Source: Macrostomum lignano (Eukaryota). From it: 64,000 bases of DNA. A program made the translations under genes and the position numbers. Under the pieces are notes generated by a model. The model was given only the letters and a program-made list of their open reading frames with translations. It did no database searches and was not told the DNA's origin. The stretch lies in assembly GCA_002269645.1 (NCBI GenBank), contig NIVC01002683.1, positions 1 through 64,000 of the forward strand, given 5' to 3'. This document shows, in pieces, positions 1 to 42,712 of the stretch; position 1 is the stretch's first letter, and each line of letters opens with the position of its first letter.

Positions 1-414
1 ACTAGGCTTGAGTACTGAGCATAGCGATCGATCTTCTGGTAGCTTCACTAAGCGAAGCATTCGAGCCAGCTTCATCAGATGAAGACCTCCTGCGGGAGTT
101 TTTTGGGGAGTTTGGAGCATGGCGGCATTGAGGAGGATGTTCCAGTGAGATCTGCTGAGGCAGAGAAGGGCAAATATTGCTGTAACTTTTCAGGCGAATA
201 TTGTAGGGCAGCCGAATAGCTTGAATAAACATGCGAGTTCACAGGTCACGGGAGGGGTCTGGTCTGGTATGCTGCGTATTGACACTGGGTGCTGGTTTGG
301 GGTCAAAATGCAGGACTGGGTGAGTTCCTTGCTGTTGGGTTTCTGATAGCAAAGCATTGCCGCCACCGCAGCTCGCACAGCCACTTGGACAGGAGCGCTG
401 GATGCGGTGTTCTA

Positions 415-740
<326 letters not shown>

Positions 741-751
741 GCCAGACTCAC

Positions 752-21122
<20,371 letters not shown>

Positions 21123-21343
21123 CTAAGATCGAATTTGAAAATTGTTTCTTCTCTGTTGATCCGCTCAGGTACAAGTTCCATAATCTCCTTATTTAGTAGG
21201 GATTCAATGCGTTAAGTCCCAGATGAGGTTGAGGCAGCATCCAATGCTTTACTATTGGCTAACACGTAGATGGGGAGGCCAACTCCCACTGGCTTTGAAC
21301 TGCAGCCAATGGTTAATCTTTTTTCTAGAAATATTGAATTTGA

Positions 21344-22455
21344 AGCATGTCTAACAGCATAACATGGCTAGCCGGTGACTTTCTCATTTCCAGCATGTCT
21401 AACAGCATAACATGGCTAGCTGGTGACTTTCTCATTTCCAGCATGTCTAACAGCATAACATGGCTTGCCGGTGACTTTCTCATTTCCAGCATGTCTAACA
21501 GCATAACATGGCTAGCCGGTGACTTTCTCATTTCCAGCGTGTCTAACAGCATAACATGGCTAGCTGGTGACTTTCTCATTTCCAGCATGTCTAACAGCAT
21601 AACATGGCTAGCTGGTGACTTTCTCATTTCCAGCATGTCTAACAGCATAACATGGCTAGCCGGTGACTTTCTCATTTCCAGCGTGTCTAACAGCATAACA
21701 TGGCTAGCTGGTGACTTTCTCATTTCCAGCATGTCTAACAGCATAACATGGCTAGCCGGTGACTTTCTCATTTCCAGCGTGTCTAACAGCATAACATGGC
21801 TAGCCGGTGACTTTCTCATTTCTAGCATGTCTAACAGCATAACATGGCTAGCCGGTGACTTTCTCATTTCTAGCATGTCTAACAGCATAACATGGCTAGC
21901 CGGTGACTTTCTCATTTCCAGCGTGTCTAACAGCATAACATGGCTAGCCGGTGACTTTCTCATTTCTAGCATGTCTAACAGCATAACATGGCTAGCCGGT
22001 GACTTTCTCATTTCCAGCGTGTCTAACAGCATAACATGGCTAACCGGTGACTTTCTCATTTCCAGCGTGTCTAACAGCATAACATGGCTAGCCGGTGACT
22101 TTCTCATTTCTAGCATGTCTAACAGCATAACATGGCTAGCTGGTGACTTTCTCATTTCTAGCATGTCTAACAGCATAACATGGCTAGCCGGTGACTTTCT
22201 CATTTCTAGCATGTCTAACAGGTAAATGTCTCATGTCTCAGCATGTCTAACATGTAAATGTCTCACCATGTCTAACATGTCTAACAGGTAAATGTCTCAT
22301 GTCTCAGCATGTCTAACATGTAAATGTCTCACCATGTCTAACATGTCTAACAGGTCAATGTCTCATCATGTCTAACATGTCTAACAGGTAAATGTCTCAC
22401 CATGTCTAACATGTCTAACAGGTAACAATTGCATATCTAGCATGTCTACCAGGTA
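21344..22455 (+). repeat. 48-bp minisatellite (AGCATGTCTAACAGCATAACATGGCTAGCCGGTGACTTTCTCATTTCC) plus a derived sub-array, between the divergent KCNH and GILT starts
   Basis: Period 48 to about 22222, then shorter ATGTCTAAC-based units. Confidence 0.95.
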
Positions 22456-22791
22456 AATATATCTCCTATTTAAAATGTTTAACAGTTTTATAACTTGTTT
22501 CAACTCAACCAACTTAGACTTCGGACATTCCACTTGCTGTTTTTTACTAAACCAAAATAGCGCTTTCCAAGTACAGAAAAATATTATAAACTTGCGAAAC
22601 TTGTGTGCTCATATTTTTAGATTGTTTTCCAAACTCAACTCTCTGCTTCTCTGCATTTGCACCTTGTTATCGCACTTGAGAAGTTTATTAAAGTAGCTAA
22701 CCACTCGATTTGATACGATTCGACCTCGAAGTCAAGTCGAGCCAGAAAATCGATAAGAAATTTAGGGAAAAAAGTGAAAGCAAACTGAACC

Positions 22792-24944
22792 ATGCTTCAG
22801 AAAACTTGTCTCGGACTTTGTCTTCTGCTTCTAGCAGCATCGGCAGAAGCGGCAGCACCTCCTGTAGCTGTCAGTCTCTACATGGAGACTTTCTGTCCTG
22901 GCTGTCAGCAGCTGTTCTCAAAGCAGATCTACCCCACCTGGGCCAAGCTGAACTCTACCGGTATTTTAGCAGTGGACATTGTGCCTTACGGCAATGCTAA
23001 AGAAAAACAGCAAGGTAATAAATGGGTCTTCACCTGTCAGCACGGTACTAAAGAGTGCGTTGGCAATCAGATTGAGACTTGCGCCATCAAGCTGCTGGGC
23101 AGACCGACTCTCTGGCTGCCCTACCTGCACTGCATTGAAGGTCAATTAGCCAACGGTAGTCGCGACATCATGCAGGTGGCCAAGGACTGCGCTGAAAATG
23201 CTCAGCCGAGGATTAATTTTGACGACATTAGCAGGTGCTCACTGAGTGATCAGGGCAATCAGTGGCAACACGAGATGGCACTGAGGACGGAGGCGCTTAA
23301 CCCGCCGCATAAGTACGTGCCCTGGGTCACCGTTAATGGGGTGAGCTAATCCTGTCTAACAGTTTTGTTTATGAGAACAGCCTGATGTAGCTTGTAGCTT
23401 GTTTATGATGTAGCTTGCGTCTAACAGGTGTGTAGCTTGTGTCTAACAGGTGTGTACATGTAGCTTGTGTCTAACAGGTGTGTAGCTTGTGTCTAACAGG
23501 TGTGTAGCTTTTGTCTAACAGGTGTGTAGCTTGTGTCTAACAGGTGTGTACATGTAGCTTGTGTCTAACAGGTGTGTAGCTTGTGTCTAACAGGTGTGTA
23601 GCTTGTGTCTAACAGGTGTGTAGCTTGTGTCTAACAGGTGTGTAGCTTTTGTCTAACAGGTGTGTAGCTTGTGTCTAACAGGTGTGTACATGTAGCTTGT
23701 GTCTAACAGGTGTGTAGCTTGTGTCTAACAGGTGTGTAGCTTGTGTCTAACAGGTGTGTGTAGCCTCTGTCTAACAGGTGTGTAGCTTGTGTCTAACAGG
23801 TGTGTAGCTTGTGTATAACAGGTGTGTAGCTTGAGTCTTACAGGTGTGTAGCTTGTGTCTAACAGGTGTGTAGCTTGTGTCTAACAGGTGTGTAGCTTGT
23901 GTCTAACAGGTGTGTTATAGCTTATGTCTAACAGGTGTGTAGCCTGTGTCTAACAGGTGTGTAGCTTGTGTCTAACAGGTGTGTAGCTTGTGTATAACAG
24001 GTGTGTAGCTTGAGTCTTACAGGTGTGTAGCTTGTGTCTAACAGGTGTGTAGCTTGTGTCTAACAGGTGTGTTATAGCTTGTGTCTAACAGGTGTGTAGC
24101 TTGTGTATAACAGGTGTGTAGCTTGTGTCTTACAGGTGTGTAGCTGGTGTCTAACAGGTGTGTAGCTTGTGTCTAACAGGTGTGTAGCTTGTGTATAACA
24201 GGTGTGTAGCTTGTGTCTAACAGGTGTGTAGCTTGTGTCTAACGGGTGTGTGTAGCCTGTGTCTAACAGGTGTGTAGCTGGTGTCTAACAGGTGTGTAGC
24301 TTGTGTCTAACAGGTGTGTAGCTTGAGTCTTACAGGTGTGTAGCTTGTGTTTAACAGGTGTGTAGCTTGTGTCTAACAGGTGTGTTATAGCTTGTGTCTA
24401 ACAGGTGTGTAGCTTGTGTATAACAGGTGTGTAGCTTGTGTCTAACAGGTGTGTAGCTGGTGTCTAACAGGTGTGTAGCTTGTGTCTAACAGGTGTGTAG
24501 CTTTTGTCTAACAGGTGTGTAGCTTGTGTCTAACAGGTGTATAGCTTGTGTCTAACAGGTGTGTAGCTTGTGTCTAACAGGTGTGTGTAGCTTGTGTCTA
24601 ACAGGTGTGTAGCTGGTGTCTAACAGGTGTGTAGCTTGTGTCTAACAGGTGTGTGTAGCTTGTGTCTAACAGGTGCGTGTAGCAATTGTGTTTAACAGGG
24701 GCACAGTGTACTTTTGTTTTTGTGTACTTTTCTGACTATCCAACAGAAATAGCTATTGTCTAACGTATTGAACTCTCCTTTTTTAAAAATATCACAGGTG
24801 CACACCGTCAATATTCAATACGAGGTTGAGAACGATCTGCTCAATTTGGTTTGCAAGACCTATTCTGGTCCAAAACCAAAGGAATGCACCGCCTTTGATG
24901 TCGCCGCTAGCAGTCGATGCCCCAGAAATAAAACTGATAACTAA
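22792..24944 (+). CDS. IFI30: Gamma-interferon-inducible lysosomal thiol reductase (GILT), 231 aa, with signal peptide
   Basis: Exons 22792-23340 and 24798-24944 (phase 0). Signal peptide, VSLYMETFCPGC (CxxC active site), FTCQHGTKECVGNQIETC (GILT signature CQHGxxECxxN), HKYVPWVTVNG. Confidence 0.95.
23400..24700 (+). repeat. 22-bp minisatellite GTGTCTAACAGGTGTGTAGCTT, filling the GILT intron
   Basis: Period 22. Confidence 0.97.
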
Positions 24945-25326
24945 TTGTGGGCACTATTGGCTTATTAATGTTAATTGCTACTCCAATCTAGACTTTTATG
25001 ACTGCATGAAACAAACTTACCAATTAAGAAATCAAACATTGCATATCTCTTGATTAAAAACCTACTGAATTGTCTTTGGTGTACTCATTTAAACAAATTA
25101 ATAAACTCGATATGCAATCACGAAAATTAATGCAAAATTATTAATAAATTCATGTTAATCATGCCCTGTCACAAGTATTGATATTTATTTACAAATTTTC
25201 TTCGATAATCGAAAACTACACTATCGAAAAATTACACTATCGTGCTACTTAGAGTAGTGGGATATGCTTATAAAAGAAGTAGTGCATTACAATATTGAAA
25301 ATATTTTGACTTTTTATTAAAAAATG

Positions 25327-26397
25327 TCACACGAAAAATCTTTCAATATGATGTCTGCCCCACTTGCAGTTCGTCCCGTAGAATCCTGGCTTGCACAGGC
25401 AGCTGCAGTATGGGCGGAGTGGGAGAGATTCGGTGAAAAGCAGGTAGTTAGAATAGAGTGGAGTAGAATGAGTGTAGAGTGAGGAGTAGGTTGAGAGTAG
25501 AGTGAGGAGTAGGGTGAGTGTAGAGTGAGGAGTAGGGTGAGTGTAGAGTGAGTATGTTGAGAGTAGAGTAAGTAGGTTGAGAGTAGAGTGAGAAGTAGGT
25601 TGATAGTAGAGTGAGGTGTAGGGTGACAGTAGAGTGAGGAGTAAGGGTGAGAGTAGAGTGAGGAGTAGAGTGAGAGTAGAGTGAGGAATAGGTTGAGAGT
25701 AGAGTGAGGAGGAGGGTGAGAGTAGAGTGAGGATTAGGGTGACAGTAGAGTGAGGAGTAGGGTGAGAGTAGAGTGAGGAGTAGGGTGAGAGTAGAGTGAG
25801 GAGTAGGGTGAGAGTAGAGTGAGGAGTAGAGTGATAGTAGAGTGAGGAGTAGGGTGAGAGTAGAGTGAGGAGTAGGGTGAGAGTAGAGTGAGTAGTAGGG
25901 TGACCGTAAGAGTGAGGAGTAGAGTGAGAGTAGAGTGAGGAGTAGGGTGACAGTAGAGTGAGGAGTAGAATGAGTGCAAAGTGAGGAGTAGGTTGAGTGT
26001 AGAGTGAGAAGTAGGTTGAGAGTAGAGTGATGAGTATGGTAAGAGTAGAGCGAGCAGTAGGGTTAATGCAGAGTGATTTATAGATATTAACGATCTATAA
26101 TTCCACAATTCCATAATTTCCAAGCAGAGTGTCCGCAATGACTCACAGGTAATTGGAACAAGCCGCCAACTGAACGCACAAACTTGTTCCGTGTCTGAAG
26201 CACCGGGAGCACACCGTAATATCGTCCATCGTTAAAATTTGAGTAGAAATCTGATCTTGATAATCAATAGGAGCATCGGAATTCCGCTGTAGAATTATCA
26301 GATAAATTCTTAATATTAATAATATTAATAATACTAATGCTAGAAAAGTTAGCAGAATAAAGTAACAATGTCTGCCATTGCGCAAAGTTATGCGCAT
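25327..26397 (-). CDS. Small membrane-anchored (type II or signal-anchor) protein with one C-terminal EGF-like domain, 108 aa
   Basis: Exon 26147-26397 ends CT|gtgagt and exon 25327-25402 begins after ctgcag (phase 2). The joined sequence is MRITLRNGRH-[hydrophobic stretch of about 25 aa]-..TVCSRCFRHGTSLCVQLAACSNYLCLCKPGFYGTNCKWGRHHIERFFV*. The CxCxxGFxGxxC EGF motif forms exactly across the junction. Confidence 0.8.
25445..26050 (+). repeat. 23-bp minisatellite GTAGAGTGAGGAGTAGGGTGAGA, filling the EGF-gene intron
   Basis: Period 23. Confidence 0.95.
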
Positions 26398-26809
26398 AGT
26401 TTTGGCAATACTGGGTGCGTGCAGCAGGTCTCTGCAGCTGACACTAATTAAAGACTTCTTCTTCAGTCCCGCATGCTTCGAAGTTTCTGCTATTATTGCA
26501 ATATTTCATTGTGCTTCGCTTTCGCGGCTGGGGTGGGTGGGGTGCAGGCTACAATTTGCAGAACGTTGTTGAGATAAAAAAGTTAACTGTAGCAATTTCT
26601 TCGGGCCCGAGCGAAGGCGCATTCAAGTGTACAATTTTCTGAGAAATGTGCACAGAAACTTGAGATTAATTGCGCAGTGCCTATAGTATTTGGCTTTACA
26701 TTGCGCGCTTGAGAGAATGAAAAAGAGATTTGGGGTTGAAATGTTAAGTGTACAGTGACACTGCTTGGTAACAAGAGAAACACATGTAGTTAATTCATAA
26801 AGTGACTTT

Positions 26810-27085
26810 ATAGGTGAGTTCTTGAATGAGTTTATGAGTTTAGAAGTTTATGAGTTGATGAGTTCATGGGTTAATGAGTTTATGGTTCAAGCGTTTATGA
26901 CTTCATGAGTTTATGAGTTCATGAGTTTATAGTTTATGAGTTCATGAGTTTAAGCATGAGTTTTATGAGTTTATGAGTTTATATGTTTAGGAGTTCATGA
27001 ATTCACTAGTTAAAGAGTTTGAGTTCATGCGTTCATGACTTCATGGGTTTATTAGTTTACGAGTCAGTTTATGAGGTCATGATTA
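26810..27085 (+). repeat. Degenerate 8-bp repeat GAGTT(T/C)AT
   Basis: Read directly from the sequence. Confidence 0.8.
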
Positions 27086-27589
27086 AATAAATAATTTCTT
27101 AAGAGATCTCAAGGAAGCTGATGACAGTCACTCACAAAGTTAAATAAATTTTAAGTGAAATTCAAAATGGGGATAAGAGACACTAATATACCGAGTATCA
27201 TGCATGTTATAACAAAAAAGCTTGGAAATTTTTTTAATCTTAATTTAATGATTCTTTATTTTTACATTTACTTAAACAAAGAAATTATTCTTTAAAAACT
27301 TATTGAATTATAAAAAATACAATGCATACTAAACTATTCAATAATTTGTACATCAATTTCGATTTATTTTTTACTTGATAGTGCAAACAAATTTATTATA
27401 ATAGCAGCACACTTATTTTTTAACAGACGCTCCTGGATTTTCTACTCATAGTAGTATGCACTTGTTTCGAGCGTGTAGCTTAAAAATATGGTTAAAAAAC
27501 CAATTGAGACAATCTTGCGACAGAATTGACAATTAATAATTTCAGTTAGGTTAGAATTTTACTTTCAATTTCAGTCAAACTCCGCCAGC

Positions 27590-34966
<7,377 letters not shown>

Positions 34967-35316
34967 GACCGCTGTGTTTGGTTGCTAAGAGATGTCTCTG
35001 CAATCGAGCTTCTGTGTTAGCTAATATTGAAGAGTTGCCAGTGAACAATTTATAATGGAATGACACGAATTCTCATTTTCTAAAAGATAAGAAACTGCCC
35101 AGTTACCTTTTTCACATTATCAAAGTTGCTTTCTTATCGTCCAGAAACATTTTGCTGGCGAATTTATTCTAACGTCAAGACAAAACCAGAGAGACAGTCG
35201 AAGCAGCTCGATGTTCTTTTATCGAGAATTTTGCTTCTCTCGCTATTCAAATATCAGTTAAGAAATGGTGGCGCCTGCAGTAGCCAGGGCTGCTCAATCA
35301 GTGATTTAGCAATGGT

Positions 35317-37611
<2,295 letters not shown>

Positions 37612-37709
37612 ATTTTACTCGTTAGAGGACACAAGCTCTGAGAGCGCTGCAGTTCACACCTTAGTGAGTAGTAGCTATTGTATAGTTCTTTCACTTTTTA
37701 ATAAGATAA

Positions 37710-38475
37710 GTGACCAGTTAGACAGGTGAGTGACCAGTTAGACAGGTGAGTGACCAGTTAGACAGGTGAGTGATCAGTTAGACAGGTGAGTGACCAGTTA
37801 GACAGGTGAGTGACCAGTTAGACAGGTGAGTGACCAGTTAGACAGGTGAGTGACCAGTCAGACAGGTGAGTGACCAGTTAGACAGGTGAGTGACCAGTTA
37901 GACAGGTGAGTGACCAGTTAGACAGGTGAGTGATCAGTTAGACAGGTGAGTGACCAGTTAGGTGAGTGACCAGTTAGACAGGTGAGTGACCAGTTAGACA
38001 GGTGAGTGATCAGTTAGACAGGTGAGTGACCAGTTAGGTGAGTGATCAGTTAGACAGGCGAGTGACCAGTTAGACAGGTGAGTGACCAGTTAGGTGAGTG
38101 ATCAGTTAGACAGGCGAGTGACCAGTTAGACAGGCGAGTGACCAGTTAGACAGGTGAGTGACCAGTTAGACAGGTGAGTGACCAATTAGACAGGCGAGTG
38201 ACCAGTTAGACAGGCGAGTGACCAGTTAGACAGGTGAGTGACCAGTTAGACAGGTGAGTGACCAGTTAGACAGGTGAGTGACCAGTTAGACAGGTGAGGG
38301 ACCAGTTAGACAGGTGAGTGACCAGTTAGACAGGTGAGTGACCGGTTAGGTGAGTGACTACTTAGACAGGTGAGTGACCAGTTAGACAGGTGAGTGACCA
38401 GTTAGACAGGTGAGTGACCAGTTAGACAGGTGAGGGACCAGTTAGACAGGTGAGTCACCAGTTAGACAGGTGATT
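37710..38475 (+). repeat. 20-bp minisatellite GTGACCAGTTAGACAGGTGA, copy A upstream of GUK
   Basis: Period 20. Confidence 0.97.
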
Positions 38476-38875
38476 CAATTGTTGGAAAAGTTTCAGCGTG
38501 TTCAGCAAACGTATTTTAAAGTAATTCTGTGCAAATGTAAAAAAGATATTGCACTAAAACGGTTTAAGTTATTTGAAACAGTTGACAGCTGCGTCTAAGC
38601 TTTTAATCAGTCTTATCAGGCGATTAAGAGTATACTGAAAACTCAGGTTCATAGTTAGTTAGCTATGTTATAAGCAATACGAAATCAATTACGCTTGCTT
38701 AGCAACTAAACAGAAAGCATGGGCGGACCTTTGACATTTTTGACATTGATTTTTAATCAGATGTTGCAGCCAATTTTACCTTATCTCAACTTGATTTTTC
38801 GCTTCTAGGCTATATTTAATAATATTTTTTTAGCCTAAATTATTGCTCATTTGCTTACTATACTACTAATCAGGC

Positions 38876-40223
38876 ATGACCCTCAGGCCAGTAGTATTGT
38901 GCGGACCATCTGGCTCGGGGAAATCAACGTTAATCAAGGCGTTGATGCAAAAATACGATGGCCTATTTGCGTTCAGCGTGTCACGTGAGCTCTGCGCTGC
39001 TGTACAAAAAATTATTGAATATTAAATTTATATATTATTTAATTACGAGTACAAACCCAATGTTTGTTAATCCGTTTTACGGGTTTTTTTCTACAGACAC
39101 AACGCGACAGCCAAGACCAGGGGAAGTTGATGGAAAAGGTGAGTAAAAGTACTGAATATCAAGAGGGCGCCACAATCGACTGTTAGAGAGAGGGCGCCAC
39201 AATCGGGTGTCAGAGAGAGGGCGCCACAATCGGGTGTCAGAGAGAGGGCGCCACAATCGGGTGTCAGATAGAGGGCGCCACAATCGGGTGTCAGAGAGAG
39301 GGCGCCACTATCGGGCGTCATAGAAAGGGCACCACAATCGGGTGTCAAAGAAACTGCGCCACAATCGGGTGTCATAGAAAGGGCGCCACAATCGGGTGTC
39401 AGAGAGGGCGCCACAATCGGGTATCAGAGAGAGGGCGCCACAATCGGGTGTCAGAGAGAGGGCGCCACAATCGGGTGTCAGATAGAGGGCGCCACAATCG
39501 GGTGTCAGAGAGAGGGCGCCACAATCGGGTGTCAGAGAGAGGGCGCCACCCAAGCGACACAAGCCCGTGTTTTTTATTCCAGACTATTTCTTCACCGACC
39601 GGGCCACCATGGAGTCCATGATTGCCAGAGGCGATTTCATAGAAAGCGCCCAATTTTCTGGCAATTTCTACGGCACCAGCAAGGCGGCCGTGTCGGCAGT
39701 GGCGGAGGCGGGCAAAATCTGCCTGTTAGATGTTGATACGCAGGGCGTCAAGGCGTTGAAGCGGCAGTCTGAGCTGCACCCAAAGTACATCTTCGTCATG
39801 CCGCCCTCGATTGAGGTTCTTGTGAGTAACGTCAATTTTTTAAAAGAATTTTTTACACCTTATAGTCTCAGGTAGTCTTGCAGGCCTACTCACCACTATC
39901 ACAACTATCATTTTTTCATCACTATATCATCACCATAATCATCAATATAATCATCACCATAATCATCATTATAATCATCACCATAATCATCATCATCATC
40001 ATCATCATCACCATTATCACCATCATCATTATCACCATCATTATCATCATAATTATAAACAATAATCATCATCACCTTCATCATCATCACCATCACCATC
40101 ATCATCATCATCACCATCACCATCACCATCATCATCATCACCATCATCATCACCATCATCATCATCATCATTATAAAAATCATCATCATCATCATCACCA
40201 TCATTATCATCATCATCTTCACC

Positions 40224-40254
<31 letters not shown>

Positions 40255-40526
40255 CCATCACCATCACCATCATCACCTTCATCATCATCACCATCACCAT
40301 CACCATCACCATCATCATCACCATCACCATCATCATCATCACCATCATCATCACCATCATCATCATCATCATTATAAAAATCATCATCATCATCATCACC
40401 ATCATCATCACCATCACCATCACCATCACCATCATCATCATCACCATCACCATCACCATCATCATCATCATCATTATAAAAATCATCATCATCATCATCA
40501 CCATCATTATCATCATCATCTTCACC

Positions 40527-40557
<31 letters not shown>

Positions 40558-40733
40558 CCATCACCATCACCATCATCACCTTCATCATCATCACCATCAC
40601 CATCACCATCACCATCATCATCACCATCACCATCATCATCATCACCATCATCATCACCATCATCATCATCATCATTATAAAAATCATCATCATCATCATC
40701 ACCATCATCATCACCATCACCATCACCATCACC

Positions 40734-40765
<32 letters not shown>

Positions 40766-40828
40766 CATCATCATCATTATAAAAATCATCATCATCATCA
40801 TCACCATCATTATCATCATCATCTTCAC

Positions 40829-40861
<33 letters not shown>

Positions 40862-40899
40862 TATAAACAATCATTATCATCATCATCATCATCATCACC

Positions 40900-40952
<53 letters not shown>

Positions 40953-41855
40953 CATCATTATAAACAATCATCATCATCATCATCATCATAACCATCATCA
41001 TCGTTCTCACTATCGTCGCCAACATCGCCATCAGGAGCAGCGTCTGCGCGGCCGCGGCACGGAGTCGGAGGACCGAGTGCTCGCCAGACTGAGTGCAGCC
41101 AAAGCCGAGATGGAGTACGGACAGGCAGCTGGAAATTTTAACACCGTCATCGTTAATGACGACCTGGAGAGGGCGACTGCCGAGCTGGAGGAGTTTCTGC
41201 TGGAGGTAGGCGCTCGCTGGACACCCAGAGTAATACTTTTTGACACACTTGATCTGGGTGTGTTTCAGTGATTTCTGGGGGGATTCTTTCAGTGATTTCT
41301 GAGGGATTCTTTCAGTGATTTCTGAGGGATTCTTTCAGTGATTTCTGAGGGATTCTTTCGGTGATTTCTGAGGGATTCTTTCAGTGATTTCTGAGGGATT
41401 CTTTCGGTGATTTCTGAGGGATTCTTTCGGAGATTTCTGAGGGATTCTTTCAGTGATTTCTGAGGGATTCTTTCAGTGATTTCTGAGGGATTCTTTCGGT
41501 GATTTCTGAGGGATTCTTTCAGTGATTTCTGAGGGATTCTTTCAGTGATTTCTGAGGGATTCTTTCAGTGATTTCTGAGGGATTCTTTCAGTGATTTCTG
41601 AGGGATTCTTTCAGTGATTTCTGAGGGATTCTTTCGGTGATTTCTGGGGGATTGTTTTGGAGATTTCTGAGGGATTCTTTCAGTGATTTCTGAGGGATTC
41701 TTTCGGTTATTTCCCTGGAGATTTTTTACTCATTTGAATATTCATCTGTTTAGTATTTCACTGGCCCTGTAATAATTTAAAACAAAAAAGGGCACAATAT
41801 TTTCTGTAAATAATTTCAGGACATTCACCTGGCAAGGGAGAAGCGAGTGAAGTGA
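38876..41855 (+). CDS. GUK1: Guanylate kinase, 198 aa
   Basis: Exons 38876-38984 ([19 protein letters not shown]-loop), 39097-39138 (42 nt, [14 protein letters not shown]), 39583-39821 ([29 protein letters not shown]), 41035-41205 ([18 protein letters not shown]), 41820-41855. All GT-AG and phases chain. Confidence 0.96.
39160..39550 (+). repeat. 27-bp minisatellite AGAGAGAGGGCGCCACAATCGGGTGTC in GUK intron 2
   Basis: Period 27. Confidence 0.96.
39895..41030 (+). repeat. (CAT/CAC)n trinucleotide array with a 303-bp higher-order unit, filling GUK intron 3
   Basis: TTATAAAAAT marks at 40171, 40372, 40474, 40675 and 40777. Confidence 0.96.
41265..41720 (+). repeat. 23-bp minisatellite GTGATTTCTGAGGGATTCTTTCA in GUK intron 4
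   Basis: Period 23. Confidence 0.96.
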
Positions 41856-41982
41856 CGAAACAACTGAGCTTGTGCTTCAACTACAAACTTTAAAGACATT
41901 CCACACAATAATTAGAAACTTTTATAGCTCTTTTCTAACCAATAGTGTCCTCTCCACCTTTAATCTTTTCCTGGAATCGTTT

Positions 41983-42712
41983 GAGTGACCAGTTAGACAG
42001 GTGAGTGACCAGTTAGACAGGTGAGTGACCAGTTAGACAGGTGAGTGACCAGTCAGACAGGCGAGTGACCAGTTAGACAGGTGAGTGATCAGTTAGACAG
42101 GTGATTGACCAGTTAGACAGGTGAGTGACCGGTTAGGTGAGTGACTAGTTAGACAGGCGAGTGACCAGTTAGACAGGTGAGTGACCAGTCAGACAGATGA
42201 GTGACCAGTTAGACAGGTGAGTGACCAGTTAGACAGGCGAGTGACCAGTTAAACAGGTGAGTGACCAGTCAGACAGGTGAGTGACCAGTTAGACAGGTGA
42301 GTGACCAGTTAGACAGGCGAGTGACCAGTTAGACAGGTGAGTGATCAGTTAGACAGGTGATTGACCAGTTAGACAGGTGAGTGACCGGTTAGGTGAGTGA
42401 CTAGTTAGACAGGCGAGTGACCAGTTAAACAGGTGAGTGACCAGTCAGACAGGTGAGTGACCAGTTAGACAGGTGAGTGACCAGTTAGACAGGCGAGTGA
42501 CCAGTTAAACAGGTGAGTGATCAGTTAGACAGGTGAGTGACCAGTTAGACAGGTGAGTGATCAGTTAGACAGGTGAGTGACCAGTTAGACAGGTGAGTGA
42601 TCAGTTAGACAGGTGAGTGACCAGTTAGACAGGTGAGTGACCAGTCAGACAGGCGAGTGACCAGTTAGACAGGTGAGTGACCAGTTAGACAGGCGAGTGA
42701 CCAGCTAGGCAG
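41983..42712 (+). repeat. 20-bp minisatellite GTGACCAGTTAGACAGGTGA, copy B downstream of GUK
   Basis: Same unit and orientation as copy A. Confidence 0.97.

Noticed and set aside
39878-40967. Poly-His, poly-Met and poly-Asp ORFs of 300-360 aa
   Set aside because: These are translations of the CAT/CAC array that lies wholly inside GUK intron 3, whose flanking exons join in phase.
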